DNA from: Chiloscyllium plagiosum
Lineage: Eukaryota
Direction: 5' to 3'
Assembly (NCBI RefSeq): GCF_004010195.1
Contig: NC_057753.1
Span: forward strand, 5,047,156-5,083,930
Length of the DNA stretch: 36,775 nt
A program made the translations under genes and the position numbers. The first letter of the stretch is position 1, and each line of letters begins with the position of its first letter. This document shows, in pieces, positions 23,071 through 35,305 of the stretch. Below the pieces are notes generated by a model. It saw only the letters and a list, made by a program, of their open reading frames with translations. It was not told where the DNA came from and did not search any database.

Positions 23071-24447
23071 AACATCTCATCGTTACTTGAGATTTATTTC
23101 CATTACTCAACGTGGGCAAGTTTCAAATTTTAGTCCAGGAGTCACAGCTCCGAAAAGGAGGTCACATCAAAAATGATTTGAAAGCATTTAATCACAAAGG
23201 TGGCATTTTCAATACAATACAATAGCTGAGTAGGCAGAAAAGATATACTACCTGCAAAGCTTGAGAGTAATTTATTGATTCTGCATTGGACAAATGGATT
23301 GGGGTGAGGTTCCCTGTGACTGACACCTTGAGAGTTTACTGCTCTGGCATCGGCAGACACGATACCTGTGGTTAGAGGTGACAGCTCCCTCGGAATGGGC
23401 TGGATCATAGAGTTGCTGATCACCAGGGTTTGGAAGTGTCCCATAACAGCCCAAAGCCACTAGGATGATCAGAATCAGTAATACAGACCCAGCAACTTCC
23501 TCCAAGTACATTTTCCAATGAAACGTGATATATATTAATTTTGACTCATCATTCCCACTTGCAGATCCCCTCCCTCAGTTTTAAGTCATTATCACATCAT
23601 AGAGACACACAGAAGTTAATCGAAGGACATTCAAGTTTCTCCACCTCTCTGTTCACCTGCATCCACCTTGTGGATATTCTCTGAACTCAGATTCTACACC
23701 TCGCTATCGTAATGTTACTTTCGACGATTGTGTGGAATTCGATCCCAACGGTCCTAAAGTCAGTCTCCTGAGTGAAGTACGTGTGGACAACTTGATTTAT
23801 AAAATCTCGTTCTGCTACTGAAACGATTTACTCTGTTTTCGAGTAGCTGATCCTGTCTCAGCCCTGTCCTTCAGTCTGGGTTCAGCACACATTTCCATGT
23901 GTTAGTTGCACCCCAGAACCACAACTCAGTCGTGTTTAACCAAGTGGGACATCTTTTTACTTCTGCCAGTGAGAACGTCAGTGTCTAATAATTTCAGGGA
24001 GGTGTTTTGGGGAGGATAGAATCAAATGCCCCTCAATCCCATCGTAGAGAACACCATGGATTTCTGTTTCGACAGTCAGCTGAGCCGTTCCTTTACATCC
24101 GCTGATCCAGTGTTTGTTTGCACAGCATCTCCTTGTCTTTTACACAAATGACTGTCACTTTAAATTTAAGCACATCATTCTGGGTTTTGCACGCTGAAGT
24201 TTAGCGTTTACACCGAGGGCAAATTTGCGATTGAAATAAATGTTCACAGCTTAATTGTAAATTATTTTCAGATGAGAGTTCTTCACCAAGGGTAAAGTTC
24301 TTAAGATAACAATTTAAACAAAATAGGACTGTTGCAATGATGTTAGTGCTGTGCTGGTTTGTGCAAACTAAATGAAAATCAAAGCTACCTGTCATTACCC
24401 ATGTTAATTGCATCTCTGACATGAGCCTTCGTATTACCGTTAGGTGT

Positions 24448-24650
24448 CAAGAGTGTGGTGCTGGAAAAGCACAGCCGGTCAGGCAGCATCCAAGAAGCAG
24501 GAGAGTTGACGTTTCGGGCATAAGCCCTTCATTAGGAATACACTTATGCCCGAAACGTCGATTCTCCTGCTCCTTGGATGCTGCCTGACTGGCTGTGCTT
24601 TTCCAGCACCCCACTCCTGCCTCTGATCTCCAGCATCTGCAGTCCCCGCT
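24448..24650. mobile_element. Fold-back (inverted) pair of PLE termini
   Basis: gtgctggaaaagcacagcc...gacgtttcgggcataag is the reverse complement of cttatgcccgaaacgtc...ggctgtgcttttccagcac. Confidence 0.8.
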
Positions 24651-25171
24651 GCCTTTCTATTACAGTTTGGTGTTTTGTATACAACTACATTCATTCAATG
24701 TTTACCTCTCCTTTTTTCCTTCGATCCAACCAAACTGGTTCTACGTCTTGATGTTTAGAATAAGATCCTCTTTCACTAATGTACTTGCATCATCGCTTAT
24801 CAGGAGTGATGCCACACGTTTTTTTTTACATTTAGGCCAAACCCAGTTAAATGTAGAACATCCTTGGCTATTTTTGTTATCATGTATCCACATTTCTCAT
24901 GGCAATGAAATCACGTCCCTTACCTCAATTTTTGCATTCAAGCCATCGATATTTTTGCAAATGTTACATCCATTCAGATAGAGGTGCCTTTATTTCAGTC
25001 TATTTCACATTATTCCCCATTTTGGTCCTTTTTGATGCCTGCCATTGCTTTGTCTGCCTAGGGAATTTGCATCCTACACTTCTACACCCTTTTCCTTGTT
25101 TTGTTTCCCTTGAATCATAACTCCCTCTTAGCATTCCACGTATATGCTGATCCGGATGGAGCCCTCCCCAA

Positions 25172-25321
25172 AATTCCTGACAAAGGGCTCGGCCCGAAAC
25201 ATCGATGTTTTTTTAAAAAAATGTTTTGTTTTCCTGCTCCTCGGATGCTGCCTGACCCGCTGCGCTTTTCCAGCAACACACACTCAACTCTGATCCCCAG
25301 CGTCTGCAGACCTCACTGTCT
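25172..25321 (+). mobile_element. PLE terminus with 10-bp flanking direct repeat
   Basis: ccctccccaa at 25162-25171 and 25322-25331, with a gggctcggcccgaaac stem. Confidence 0.7.
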
Positions 25322-25749
25322 CCCTCCCCAACAGCGCTAGCAAATCTCCCTGAGAAGGCGGTAGCCCCAGTCCTCCTAAGTTGCAAAATGCCTATCCTGA
25401 ACAGGCCTCACCTCCCCAGAACAAGTTCCGATGCCTCAGAAATCCCGTGCCCTCTCTCTCTGACACCAGCACTGTGCTCACCAACATGTGGGACTGGGAG
25501 TAATCTTAAAATTACCGCTGTGATTGTCCTGTGTTTCAATCTGCTTTGAGCTCCCACTAATCTCCTTTCAGGACCTCATCCTCCTAACTGCCAAAATCAC
25601 TGGTACTGAATTGAACCATGAACTCGAGTTGTTCTTGTCCAGAAAAAAGTCAGTGTGAAAATGGTGGCATGACTGGAGGGTATGTAATGAAACTCATTCA
25701 ATAAATGATGCAAGTCGATGTTTTCTGCTTGAATTCGTTAGTCGGAACA

Positions 25750-26035
25750 AATTGCTGCAGATGCTGAAATCTGTATTGAAAGGAACAAATGCTGGCGATT
25801 ACAGCGGGCCAGACAGTATCCATGGAGAGAGAGCAAGCTAACGTTTCAAGTCTAAAGTTAAATCATACAACACCAGGTTATAGTCCAACTGGTTCAATTG
25901 GAAGCACTAGCTTTTGCAGCGCTGCTCCTTCATCAGGTGCTGATGAAGAGTAATCCAGATGTGAAATGATAAGCTTGCTCTCTCTGCATGGATGCTTTCT
26001 GACCTACTGTGATCTCCAGCATTTCTTATTTTCGG
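25750..26035. mobile_element. Fold-back PLE-like element with another PLE terminus (~25858-25939) at its centre
   Basis: ccatggagagagagcaagct faces agcttgctctctctgcatgg. The central minus-strand copy reads cacCTGATGAaggagc. Confidence 0.65.
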
Positions 26036-26215
26036 TTGAATTCATTGAGGTGTTCAGTGAGGATGGACAACGACCTGAACCTCTGTTTTCAGATTGCGCA
26101 TCTTAATAGTTTCTCCTCAGTGTGTGAACTTTTCAGTGTGAAGAAGGACCTAAAGACCTAAATTACCTTCTTACATGCAGAACAGATGAATGGTTTCTCC
26201 CCACTCTGGATACTT

Positions 26216-26707
26216 GGAGTCATAGAGGTGTACAGCATGGAAACAGACCCTTCAGCCCAACCCGTCCACGCCGACCAGATATCCCAACCCAATCTCGTCC
26301 CGCCTGCCAGCACCCGGTCCATATCCCTCCAAATCCTTCCTATTCATATACCCATCCAAATGCCTTTTAAATGTTGCAATTGTACCAGCCTCCACCACTT
26401 CCTCTGGCAGCTCATTCCATGCACGTACCACCCTGTGCGTGAAAAAGTTGCCCTGTAGGTCTCTTATATCTTTCCCCTCTCACCCTAAGCCTAGGCCCTC
26501 TAGTTCTGGACTCCCCCACCCCAGGGAACAGACTTTGTCTATTTATCCTATCCATGCCCCTACAATTTTGTAAATCTCTATAAGGTTACCTCTCAGCCAA
26601 CGACACTCCAGGGAAAACAGCCCCAGCCTGTTCAGTCTCTCCCGATAGCTCAAATCCTCCAACCCTGGCAACATCCTGGTCAATCTTTTCTGAACCCTTT
26701 CAAGTTT
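26216..26707 (-). mobile_element. HER1-like CR1 LINE 3' end
   Basis: Near reverse complement of 10829-11318. Confidence 0.9.
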
Positions 26708-26726
26708 TCAATGGATTTCCAGCCAG

Positions 26727-26926
26727 TGTGGTGCTGGAAAAGCACAGCGAGTCAGGCAGCATCCGAGGAGCAGGAGAATCAATGTTTCAGGAATCATTCT
26801 TGATGAAGGGCTTATGCCGGGAACGTTGCTTTTCCTGCTCCACGGATGCTGCCTGACCTGCTGTGCTTTTCCAGCACCACTCTCTCGCCTGTCATCTCCA
26901 TCATCTGCAGTCCTCACTTTCTCCTC
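26727..26926. mobile_element. Fold-back PLE termini with perfect 16-bp target duplication
   Basis: atggatttccagccag at 26711-26726 and 26927-26942. Confidence 0.85.
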
Positions 26927-27029
26927 ATGGATTTCCAGCCAGAATGAATGAATGAATCCTTTATGACAGTCTTCACATTGCAATGTTGCACTCAGCTGTC
27001 TGTTTGTCTCTCAAGATTTTACAGTTAGG

Positions 27030-27995
27030 TGAAGCATGTGGAACACATGCCTTTATCAGTCAATGGCACAGATTCTAAGAGCAGGGAGGTTGGATCTGTA
27101 CAAGACTTTGGTTAGGCCACAGATTAAGTGCTGTGTGCACTTCCAGTCTCCGCGCAGCACAAAGGATGTGATGCACTGGAGGGGGTGCAGAGGAGATTCA
27201 CCAGGATATTGCCTGGGATGGAGCAGTTTAGCTATTAAGACAAGCTGGATAAGCTTGAAAGAAACCTAAACAGCTGCGGATGCTGTAAATCAGAAATGAA
27301 TGGAAGTTGCTGGAAAAGCTCAGCAGGTCTGGCCGCATCTGTGATGAGAAATCAGAGTTAATTTTTCGGGTCTGGTGACCCTTCCTCAGAACTGACAGTA
27401 GCTAGGAAAGTGTTGGCTTTTATGCAAAGGATGGGGGGGGGGTGGTTGGAGGTGAATAAGGAGTAAACGATAGGTGGGGATATGGCCCATTTTGAGAGAA
27501 GAGCAGTTAGACTGAGAAAGGAGTGGATAATGATCTGGCTAGGAGGATGAGTAGCTTTTAATGGAGACAGTTAGTGTTAACTCTCATTTCTCTTCACAGA
27601 TGCTGCCAGACCTGCTGAGCTTTTCCAGCAACTTCGGGAGAAGCCGGAGTTTTCTTCAGAGCCGTGAAAGCAGAGAGGGGACCTGACTGAGGTGTATAAG
27701 ATCATGAGGGCGATGGACAGAACAGATAGAAAGCAACAGTTCCCCTCAGCTCAAGTCAGCAACAAGAGGAGTGGATAATTTTAAGGTGAAAGGCAGGGGG
27801 TTTGAGGCAGGCATTTTTCCCCCAGAGGGCGAAGTAGATAAGATAGCAATGTTTAGGAGGCATGTAGACAGACATATGAACAGACAGGGAACAGAGATAA
27901 GGACCACATGTGAGCAGATGGTTTAGAATGGCATCATGATCAGCAGAGACCTGGTGGTCTGAAGGGGCTGTTCCTGTGCTGTACTGTACTATGTT
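27030..27995 (+). mobile_element. CR1-like 3' fragment with nested PLE-like fold-back (~27260-27635)
   Basis: LYKTLVRPQIKCCVHF motif, and inverted gttgctggaaaagctcagcaggtctgg / ccagacctgctgagcttttccagcaac. Confidence 0.7.
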
Positions 27996-28159
27996 CTATG
28001 GTGGTGGGTGTATGAAATGCATTGCCTGGAAGGGTAGTTGGTGACAGGAAACCTCAAGCTTTAAAACGTACTTGGATAAGCACTTCAAAATGTCATAATA
28101 CTCAAGGCTATGGGCCAAGGGCTGGAGAGTGGAACTAGCGTCGATTTCGTCGAAGCCCA

Positions 28160-28405
28160 ACAGTGTGGAAGCAGGCCATTCAGCCCACCGAGTCCACACC
28201 GACCCTCCAAAGTGCATCCCACCCAGACCCCACTCCATTCCTGTGACCCCGCATTTCCCATGACTAACCCACCTCGCTTACACATCCCTGCACATGATAG
28301 GCATTTTAGCATGGCTAATTCACCCTGACCTGCACATCTTTGGACTGTGGGAGGAAACCGGAGCACCCAGAGGAAACCCACACAGACACGGGGAAAATCT
28401 GCAAA
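28160..28405 (-). mobile_element. 5'-truncated HE1-like SINE
   Basis: Body and tail are present and the tRNA head is missing. Confidence 0.8.
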
Positions 28406-29856
28406 CACAGTAGTTTTTTCCTGGTCAGTGCAGACTCAATGGGCTGACAGGACTCTTGTGTGTGATCATTAGTCTTGTTAACACTCAAAACGTATGCACG
28501 GTTTCCCACTGCGGATGGTGTGGTTCAGCCTGCATAACTGGATAATCCTTTCCAAACTCTCACAGGGGTCTGTGTGTTTGTCTCAATGTTTCACACGTCA
28601 CATTAGTTTCTAACATGGTTTTCCACAGACCAAAAACACACATTTCTCCTTCCACATTCAGAGTTCAGTCTTATTGAGCTTCGGATGAATTGAGTGAGCT
28701 GTCAGATCTTGACACGAAATCTGACTTACATTTCCTGTCTGTGAATCCTCCTCCTTTTTGAACTGTTTATAGATCTCTTCACTGTGTATAGGAATGTAAG
28801 TGATCAGCAATTCTGGTGTCGATGAAACATGACTTTCTCCCAAGCTGTAAATCCATCCCTCTCTATTCTCTTCCCTCATTGGCTGAAATCTATGCACATT
28901 GCAACATCTCCTCTCTGCACTCCCAGGCTCCACTGTCTTCTATTCTCTCAAGGTTCAATTATACAGACATAGGAGCAAGAGTAGACCACGCAGCCTGCTC
29001 CACATTTCATGATGATCATTGTTGAATGGCAATTTCACAAGTCATACAGCACAAAAACAGAGCCTCTGGTCTAACTAGTCTGTGCCAACCATAATCCCAA
29101 ACTAAACTAGTCCCATTTGCCTGTTCCTGGCCCATATCTCTCCAAACCTTTCCTATTCATGTACTTGTCCAAATATCTTTTAAATGTTGTAATTATACCC
29201 ACCTCCAACACTTCCTCAGGAAGTTCATTCCATATGAGAACCTCATGTCTATTTTTTAAAATCGCTGACCTTAAAAATGTGTCTTGAAATTCTCTCCATA
29301 TCTTTTGAACCCTTTTCTCTTCAACTGCTATAACTCTTTCCTTTGTGTAATCACATACAATGTTTTGGGCTTGACTGCTTTCTGTGGTAGCGAATTCTTT
29401 GGGCCCTATGTGCAGTTGGGGAATAAAATGAATGCGTCATCAATTTTGTTTGCTGGTCACAGGGTCCTGACTTCCGCCATTCCCTGTGGTTTCACTGCAA
29501 GGAAGTAACAGATGACCACATTGTCTCAATCTGAATGACAAAGGAGCTCCTCTTATTTGGTGTTGGAGTGGACGACAGGGGAGACAGGAGAGAGGGACAG
29601 ATCTTCACATGGAACTAACTTGTGTTCGAGATATCAAAAAGACTCGACACACTTATGTGTTAAGCACACCTGATTTATTTCACTTTCCCCCAGAATATTT
29701 ACAGGTATAATTGGGCAAGAGTTCTGTAACGCCAGCAGACAACAACGAACAGGGGTCCAGTCCTGGACTTGATTAACGGTGAAACCCAACGACTGGAGTT
29801 AGATTGTGAACTTGCGTGTGCCGCAGCGGGGTAGCTGAGCAAGTGAATTTCTTGCC

Positions 29857-30891
29857 TCACTTGGCGCAGGTCAACAGCCCCTTCCCAGTGTGAATGCGTC
29901 GGTGTGTCAGCAGGGTGGCTGACTGAGCGAATCCCTTCCCGCACATGGAGCAGGTGAACAGCCTCTCCTCGGTGTGAACCCACTGGTGTTTAGTGAGGTC
30001 AGACAACTGCCTGAACCCAGTCGCGCAGTGAGAGCAGCTGAACGGCCTCTCACCGGTGTGAATGAGTTGATGGCGTGTCAGCTCCCCAGATCTTTTGAAG
30101 CACTTCCCACAGTCTGGGCATTTGAAAGGTCTCCTGTCAGTGTGGACCTGCCGGTGACTCAGCAGGTGGGAGGACTGAGTGAATCCCTTCCCGCACTCGG
30201 AGCAAGCGAACGGCCTGTCCCCGGTGTGCACCCGCTGGTGTCTGAGCAGGTCGGATAACTGAGTGTATCTCTTCGTGCACCTGGAGCACGTGAACGGCCT
30301 CTCCCTGGTGTGAACCCGCCGGTGCTTCTGCAGAGTGGAAGACTGAACGAACCCCTTCCCGCACTCAGAGCAGGTGAAAGGCCTCTCCCCGGTGTGGACT
30401 CGCCGGTGGGTCCGAAGGTCGGACAACTGCGCGAACGCCCTCCCGCACTCGGAGCAGGCGAACGGCTTCTCTCCGGTGTGAAGCCGCTGGTGCTTTTGCA
30501 AAGTGGATGACCGACTGAATCCTCTGCCGCACTCGGGGCAGGTGAACGGCCTCTCCCCCGTGTGACTGCGCCGATGGGCTTCCAGCTCAGAGGGGATTCG
30601 GAATCCCTTCCCGCAGTCCCCACATTTCCACGGCTTCTCCCGGCTCTGACTGCATTTATGTTCAGACAGGCCGGATGATTGGTTGAAGCCACGTCCGCAC
30701 ACCTGACACGTGAACGGCCTCTGCCCGGTGTGACAGCGAATGTGTCTCGCCAGGTCACACAGTTGGCCGAAGCCTCGTCCACACGTAGAACAGACGTGCG
30801 ATTTCTCTCCCGTGTCTCTGCCACTATTTGCTTCCACGTTGAAATCTCGACCACGATTTGAGCTGACGGTGTGTTGGGCCTGATGGGACAT
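29857..30891 (-). CDS. C2H2 zinc-finger protein, 11 repeats (10 canonical) plus truncated 12th
   Basis: Finger array with TGERPF linkers, acceptor at 30925-30926 and AATAAA at 29674-29679. Confidence 0.9.
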   Translation of the reverse strand: MSHQAQHTVSSNRGRDFNVEANSGRDTGEKSHVCSTCGRGFGQLCDLARHIRCHTGQRPFTCQVCGRGFNQSSGLSEHKCSQSREKPWKCGDCGKGFRIPSELEAHRRSHTGERPFTCPECGRGFSRSSTLQKHQRLHTGEKPFACSECGRAFAQLSDLRTHRRVHTGERPFTCSECGKGFVQSSTLQKHRRVHTRERPFTCSRCTKRYTQLSDLLRHQRVHTGDRPFACSECGKGFTQSSHLLSHRQVHTDRRPFKCPDCGKCFKRSGELTRHQLIHTGERPFSCSHCATGFRQLSDLTKHQWVHTEERLFTCSMCGKGFAQSATLLTHRRIHTGKGLLTCAK

Positions 30892-31004
30892 TTCAGTTTC
30901 TGGTTCCTGACTGCAAATCCTCCCCTAAAGTCAGTTAAAGCAGAGAAAAGAACTGAGCGGGAACTCACAAAAACGGCGTGTGAACCTGATCTGAATGAAC
31001 CTGG

Positions 31005-31350
31005 TACAGTCGCTCTGGGGCTAGCACTGCTGCTTCACAGCACCAGGGACCCGGGTTCGATTCCACCCTCAGGCAACTGTCTGTGTGGAGTTTGCACATT
31101 CTCCCAGTGTCTGTGTGGGTTTCCTCCCACAGTCCAGAGATGTGCAGGTCAGGGTGGATTGGAATCCCTACAGTTTGGAAACAGGCCATTGGGCCCAACA
31201 GTCCATACCAACCCTCCAAACAGTATTCCCCTCCCCTATTATTCTACATTTCCCTCTGACTAACGCACCTAACCTACACATCCCTGAACACTGTGGGCAA
31301 TTTAGCACAGGCAATTCACCCTAACTTGCACATCTTTGGATTGTGGGAGG
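31005..31350. mobile_element. Two HE1-like pieces in opposite orientation
   Basis: Head and body on + (~31005-31160), tail and body on - (~31161-31350). Confidence 0.75.
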
Positions 31351-31364
31351 ATACTCTTTGGAAG

Positions 31365-31708
31365 GTTGTCTTGTCCTAAGATGGATGTGTTGTCCCAGTC
31401 GAAGTGGTGTCCTTCCTTATCTATATGTAAGGATACTAATGAGAGAGGGTCATGTCGTTTTGTGACTAGTTGTGGTGTTCATGTATCCTGGTGGCTATTT
31501 TTCTGCCTGTTTTCCAATGTAGTGTTTGTTAGTCCTTGCACGGTATTTTGTAAATGACATTAGTTTTGCTTGTTGTCTGTATGGGGTCTTTCAAGTTCAT
31601 TCACTGCTGTTTTAGTGTGTTGGTGGGTTTGTGGGCTACCATGATGCCAAAGGGTCTGAGTTCATCCAGAACCTCAACCTGAGCTACAAATCTTCTCAAA
31701 ACTCGCTA
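31365..31708 (-). mobile_element. Second PLE family, GIY-YIG endonuclease remnant
   Basis: Minus-strand translation MNLKDPIQTTSKTNVIYKIPCKD/NKHYIG/..ATRIHEH with frameshifts. Confidence 0.8.
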
Positions 31709-32403
31709 GAATCTACTCAGTCCTGCCTTAAAAATCTTTAAGGACTTTGCTTCCATCACCTTTGCAGGAAGACCCACAACTCTGAGAGAAAATAACTTCA
31801 CCGAACCTCTGTTTTGAAAGGGCCACCCGAGTTATTTGCACTGTGATCCCATGTGGAAAACAGCCTCTCCACAATGACACAGCCACGGCCACTCAGAATC
31901 CTACACACTTCAGTCGAGTGACCTCTCTCTCACTGTTCTAAACTCCAGCTGGTACAAGACTAGCCTGTCCACCATTTTCTCATAAGTCTAGTCTGGTAAA
32001 CCTTCTCTGAACTGCCTCGTACCCCTTGACAGCCTCGTTTAAATGAGAATACCAATCCTGTGCTCGGTACTTCAGTATGCTGTGTAACAGTAGCATAACC
32101 TTCCTCTTTTTGTTTTTAATTCCCTGCGATAAGGGATAACAGTTTTTGTTTTCCTATTTACTTGTTATACCTACACATGAATCTTTTGTGATTCATGCAC
32201 TAGGACACTCAGTCTTCTGCATTGAAGGGCATTGCAATCGCTCACCATTTAGATAATGCCTTTTTTTTTGTTCTTCCTGCCAATTTGACATTTTCCTACA
32301 TTATACTCCATTTAGAAAATCATAGAGTCACACGACATGAAAACAAACCTTTTGGTCCAATCAGTCCACGCCGACCTTAATCCCAAACTAAAGTAGCCCC
32401 ACT

Positions 32404-33008
32404 TCATAGACTCCCTACACAGTATGGAAGCAGGCCATCATGCCTATATTGAACAGCATCCCACCCAGATTCATCACCCTCTTCTGGGCAGCATGGTGGC
32501 ATACTGGTTAGCACTGCTGCCTCACAGCACAAGGGTCCCAGATTCGATTCCGGCCTTGGGCGACTGTCTGTATGGAGTTTGCACGTTCTCCCTGTGTCTG
32601 CGTGGGTTTCCTCCGGATGCTCCAGTTTCCTCCCACAGTCCAAAGATGTGCAGGTTAGGTGAATTGGCCATGCTAAATTGCTAGGTGTAGGGGTCTGGGT
32701 GGGTTGCTCTTCGGAGGGTCGGTGGGCCGAAGAAATCTAATCTAATCTAATCTCTGTAACTATGCGTTCCTCATGGCTAATCCACCTAACCTACACATCT
32801 CTGGATACTATGGGCAATTTTGCATGGCCAATTCACCTGACCTGCACATCTTTGGGCTGTGGGAGGAAACCAGAGCACCTGGAGGAAACGCAAGCAGACA
32901 CAGGGAGAATGTACAAACTCCACACAGACAGTCACCCAAGAGCGGACTTGAACTCAGGTCCCTGTTGCTGTGAGGCCAGAGTGCTAACCATTGAGCCACT
33001 GAGCCATC
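32404..33008. mobile_element. Cluster of nested HE1-like SINEs (+ 32486-32752, - flanking)
   Basis: A plus copy ending in (atcta)n sits between the tail and the body of minus-strand copies. Confidence 0.8.
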
Positions 33009-33577
33009 CACTTGCCTGCATTTGGCCCTGTCCCTCCAAACATTTCTTTTTCATGTACTTATCCAAATGCTTCTTTAATGTTATAACTGTACCTCCATCC
33101 ACCACTTCATCTGGAGAAGCCATTCCAGAGCCATTTTCTGTCTAAAAAGGTTGCCCCTCATTTCCCACATCTTTGCCCATGCAGTTAACCTACATCCTTA
33201 TGAAGCCTCCTTAACACCTGTTCACAACGTACATCAACAGTGAACACAGAATTATCACTGAAATACATATCAAAGCTTAAACATGTGCACATTATAAGAG
33301 CCAAAGGTAGTTTGTCAGCGGCAAAGAGTTGATCAGAGAGGGCAGAGATGAAACAGAGTCTTAGATGGATATGGATTTAGATCCTCAATAAATGGGTCAC
33401 ACTATCCCCAGCGCCATGGAAACTCTCACAGATAACAGAGGACAGTATTAAAAGCTTAAAATTGTCAATGAATGATCAAAAGTATTCAATTTGAATAATT
33501 TCACCATTTTCGATTTGAAAATCTCCTGGTGGAGTCTGCAGCTGGAAAGATATCAAAAGACCTGGAGTCAGAAAAAC

Positions 33578-33755
33578 ATTAGAATCCCTACAGTATGGGA
33601 ACAGATCTTTCAGCCAAACAAGTCTACACTACCCTCCAAAGAGTAGCCCACCCAGACCCATTCCCCAACCGTATATTTGCCCCTGACTAATGCACCTAAC
33701 CTACACTATGGGCAATTGAGCATGGCCAATTCACCTAACTTGCACATCTTTGGAC
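33578..33755 (-). mobile_element. Partial HE1-like SINE
   Basis: Tail half only. Confidence 0.75.
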
Positions 33756-35305
33756 TTAACAGTTGAGGAAATTCCCAGGGAGTGGATGATGTCATTGTGT
33801 AATTGTTGCTGCAAGATGACATCAAACAAAAGAAAAACACGTTCACCAGAGGCCACCTCACATTGTCAAAGATGAGATGGCACCTGAGAAGGGACAGAGG
33901 AGATTTAGCAGAATGGCTGGTGAAGGATTATCGTTGCATTCCGAGTTCATGAAAGTGGGGTTACTCTCGGTAGAGCAAAGAAGGTTGAGGTGAAATTTGG
34001 TACAAATGCACACCTTTATGACAGGTTTCCATGAGATAAATAAAAGAAAGCTATTCCTATTAACTGATTGGAATACTAGGATCTGCTTGGTTTGAGCTAT
34101 GACAAAAGATTGTGTGAGGGATACATATAAAGAATGTTGTTTCTGCAGAGAATTGAGTTTGTTTAAAGTACCATAAGAATTTAAATGTGCTTACATTAGT
34201 AAAAGCTGGTTAGCATTTTGCAAATCCTTAATCAAGGTTATACTCAGAAATAACAAACTAAGAAATAAGGAAATTGTGAGAAATAGAGAAGTACGTTGCT
34301 TTTGCTGAAAGCTAATACTGCTGATGATCTGAGAATTGCAAGATCAAATATTAAGCTTCTAGACAGATAAGAGTATGTCCTGTGGAAAAGAGGAACGATA
34401 AGCCCAAGCAGAGAGACAGCTGCAAGGAGAGGAAGGTTAGCAACTCCTTGTCCCGGGGGAAAAGAGGAACAAGGTGAGACCACAAATGTAACATGTGTTA
34501 ATGGTGGTTAAAGTGTATGTCTAAGAAAACAGACATAGAGTTTAATTTAGATAATACAGAGAAGTCACGTAGTGACAGCCTAAGATGGTTGGATAATACG
34601 AGGGGGAAGGGAGAGGTGACCTCATGCAGCTCAAAAGGTATAACTGTACATGTATCACAATGCACTTTGCTCGTTTGCTTTAGCAAGCTTATGGGCCCTT
34701 ACTTGCAAGTTCGTAAATAAATTGTCTTGTTTCCAGATTTTTGGTGGTCTCAGTTAATTTTGATAATTGTGTTTCTAACAATTGGATAGGCTGGGGTTAC
34801 CTTCCAAGGAATCGTGAGGGCGAGTAGTGTTTTCACAGTGGTGCATAAGATTAAAAATTGGTGGAGGGTTCAGTAAACAGGGGACATACATTCAAGTATA
34901 TGTTCCCTTTAAGCAGCATGGCTGTGCATAAGTGAAATGCTCCAAAGTTCCACAGGTAGCAAGTGACCTCTGTAGCCAGAGGGAGAATTACAGGTAAGAG
35001 TTACAAAGCTAAGACAGAATTGGAATAGAAATGTCTTCACTTAGAGGATATGGAAATCTGAAACTCAACTGCCTGAATTTAAGCAATATTTCAATAGTCA
35101 CTACATTGCCATAACCTGCAGAGCCAGAAAATGGGATTAGTGTAGCAAGTGTCTCTGTAGATCTGGTGGACACAATGAGTCAAATGACCTCCCTCTGTGC
35201 TGTAACAGTTTATGATTATTGACACAACGTAAGCTTTGTGTAAAGAGGTGCAGAGGAAATGCAAAGAAGCAACTTATGTATTAAGCAGTAATGACCAATG
35301 CTTAC

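Larger units (their letters stand above)
26050..28770 (-). pseudogene. Fragmented C2H2 ZNF pseudogene
   Basis: Exon-head homology at ~28640-28770, QCEDCHKGFIHSFWLEIH at 26927-26983 and [10 protein letters not shown] at ~26180-26210. Interrupted by LINE, SINE and PLE insertions. Confidence 0.65.

Noticed and set aside
29857..29859. Selenocysteine recoding of the TGA at a Cys position
   Set aside because: No SECIS-like hairpin recognised downstream and the finger is otherwise degenerate.
30159..30968. 269-aa alternative-frame ORF, and similar overlapping or antisense ORFs over the other finger exons
   Set aside because: Expected by-product of GC-rich repetitive finger codons. No independent domain is visible.
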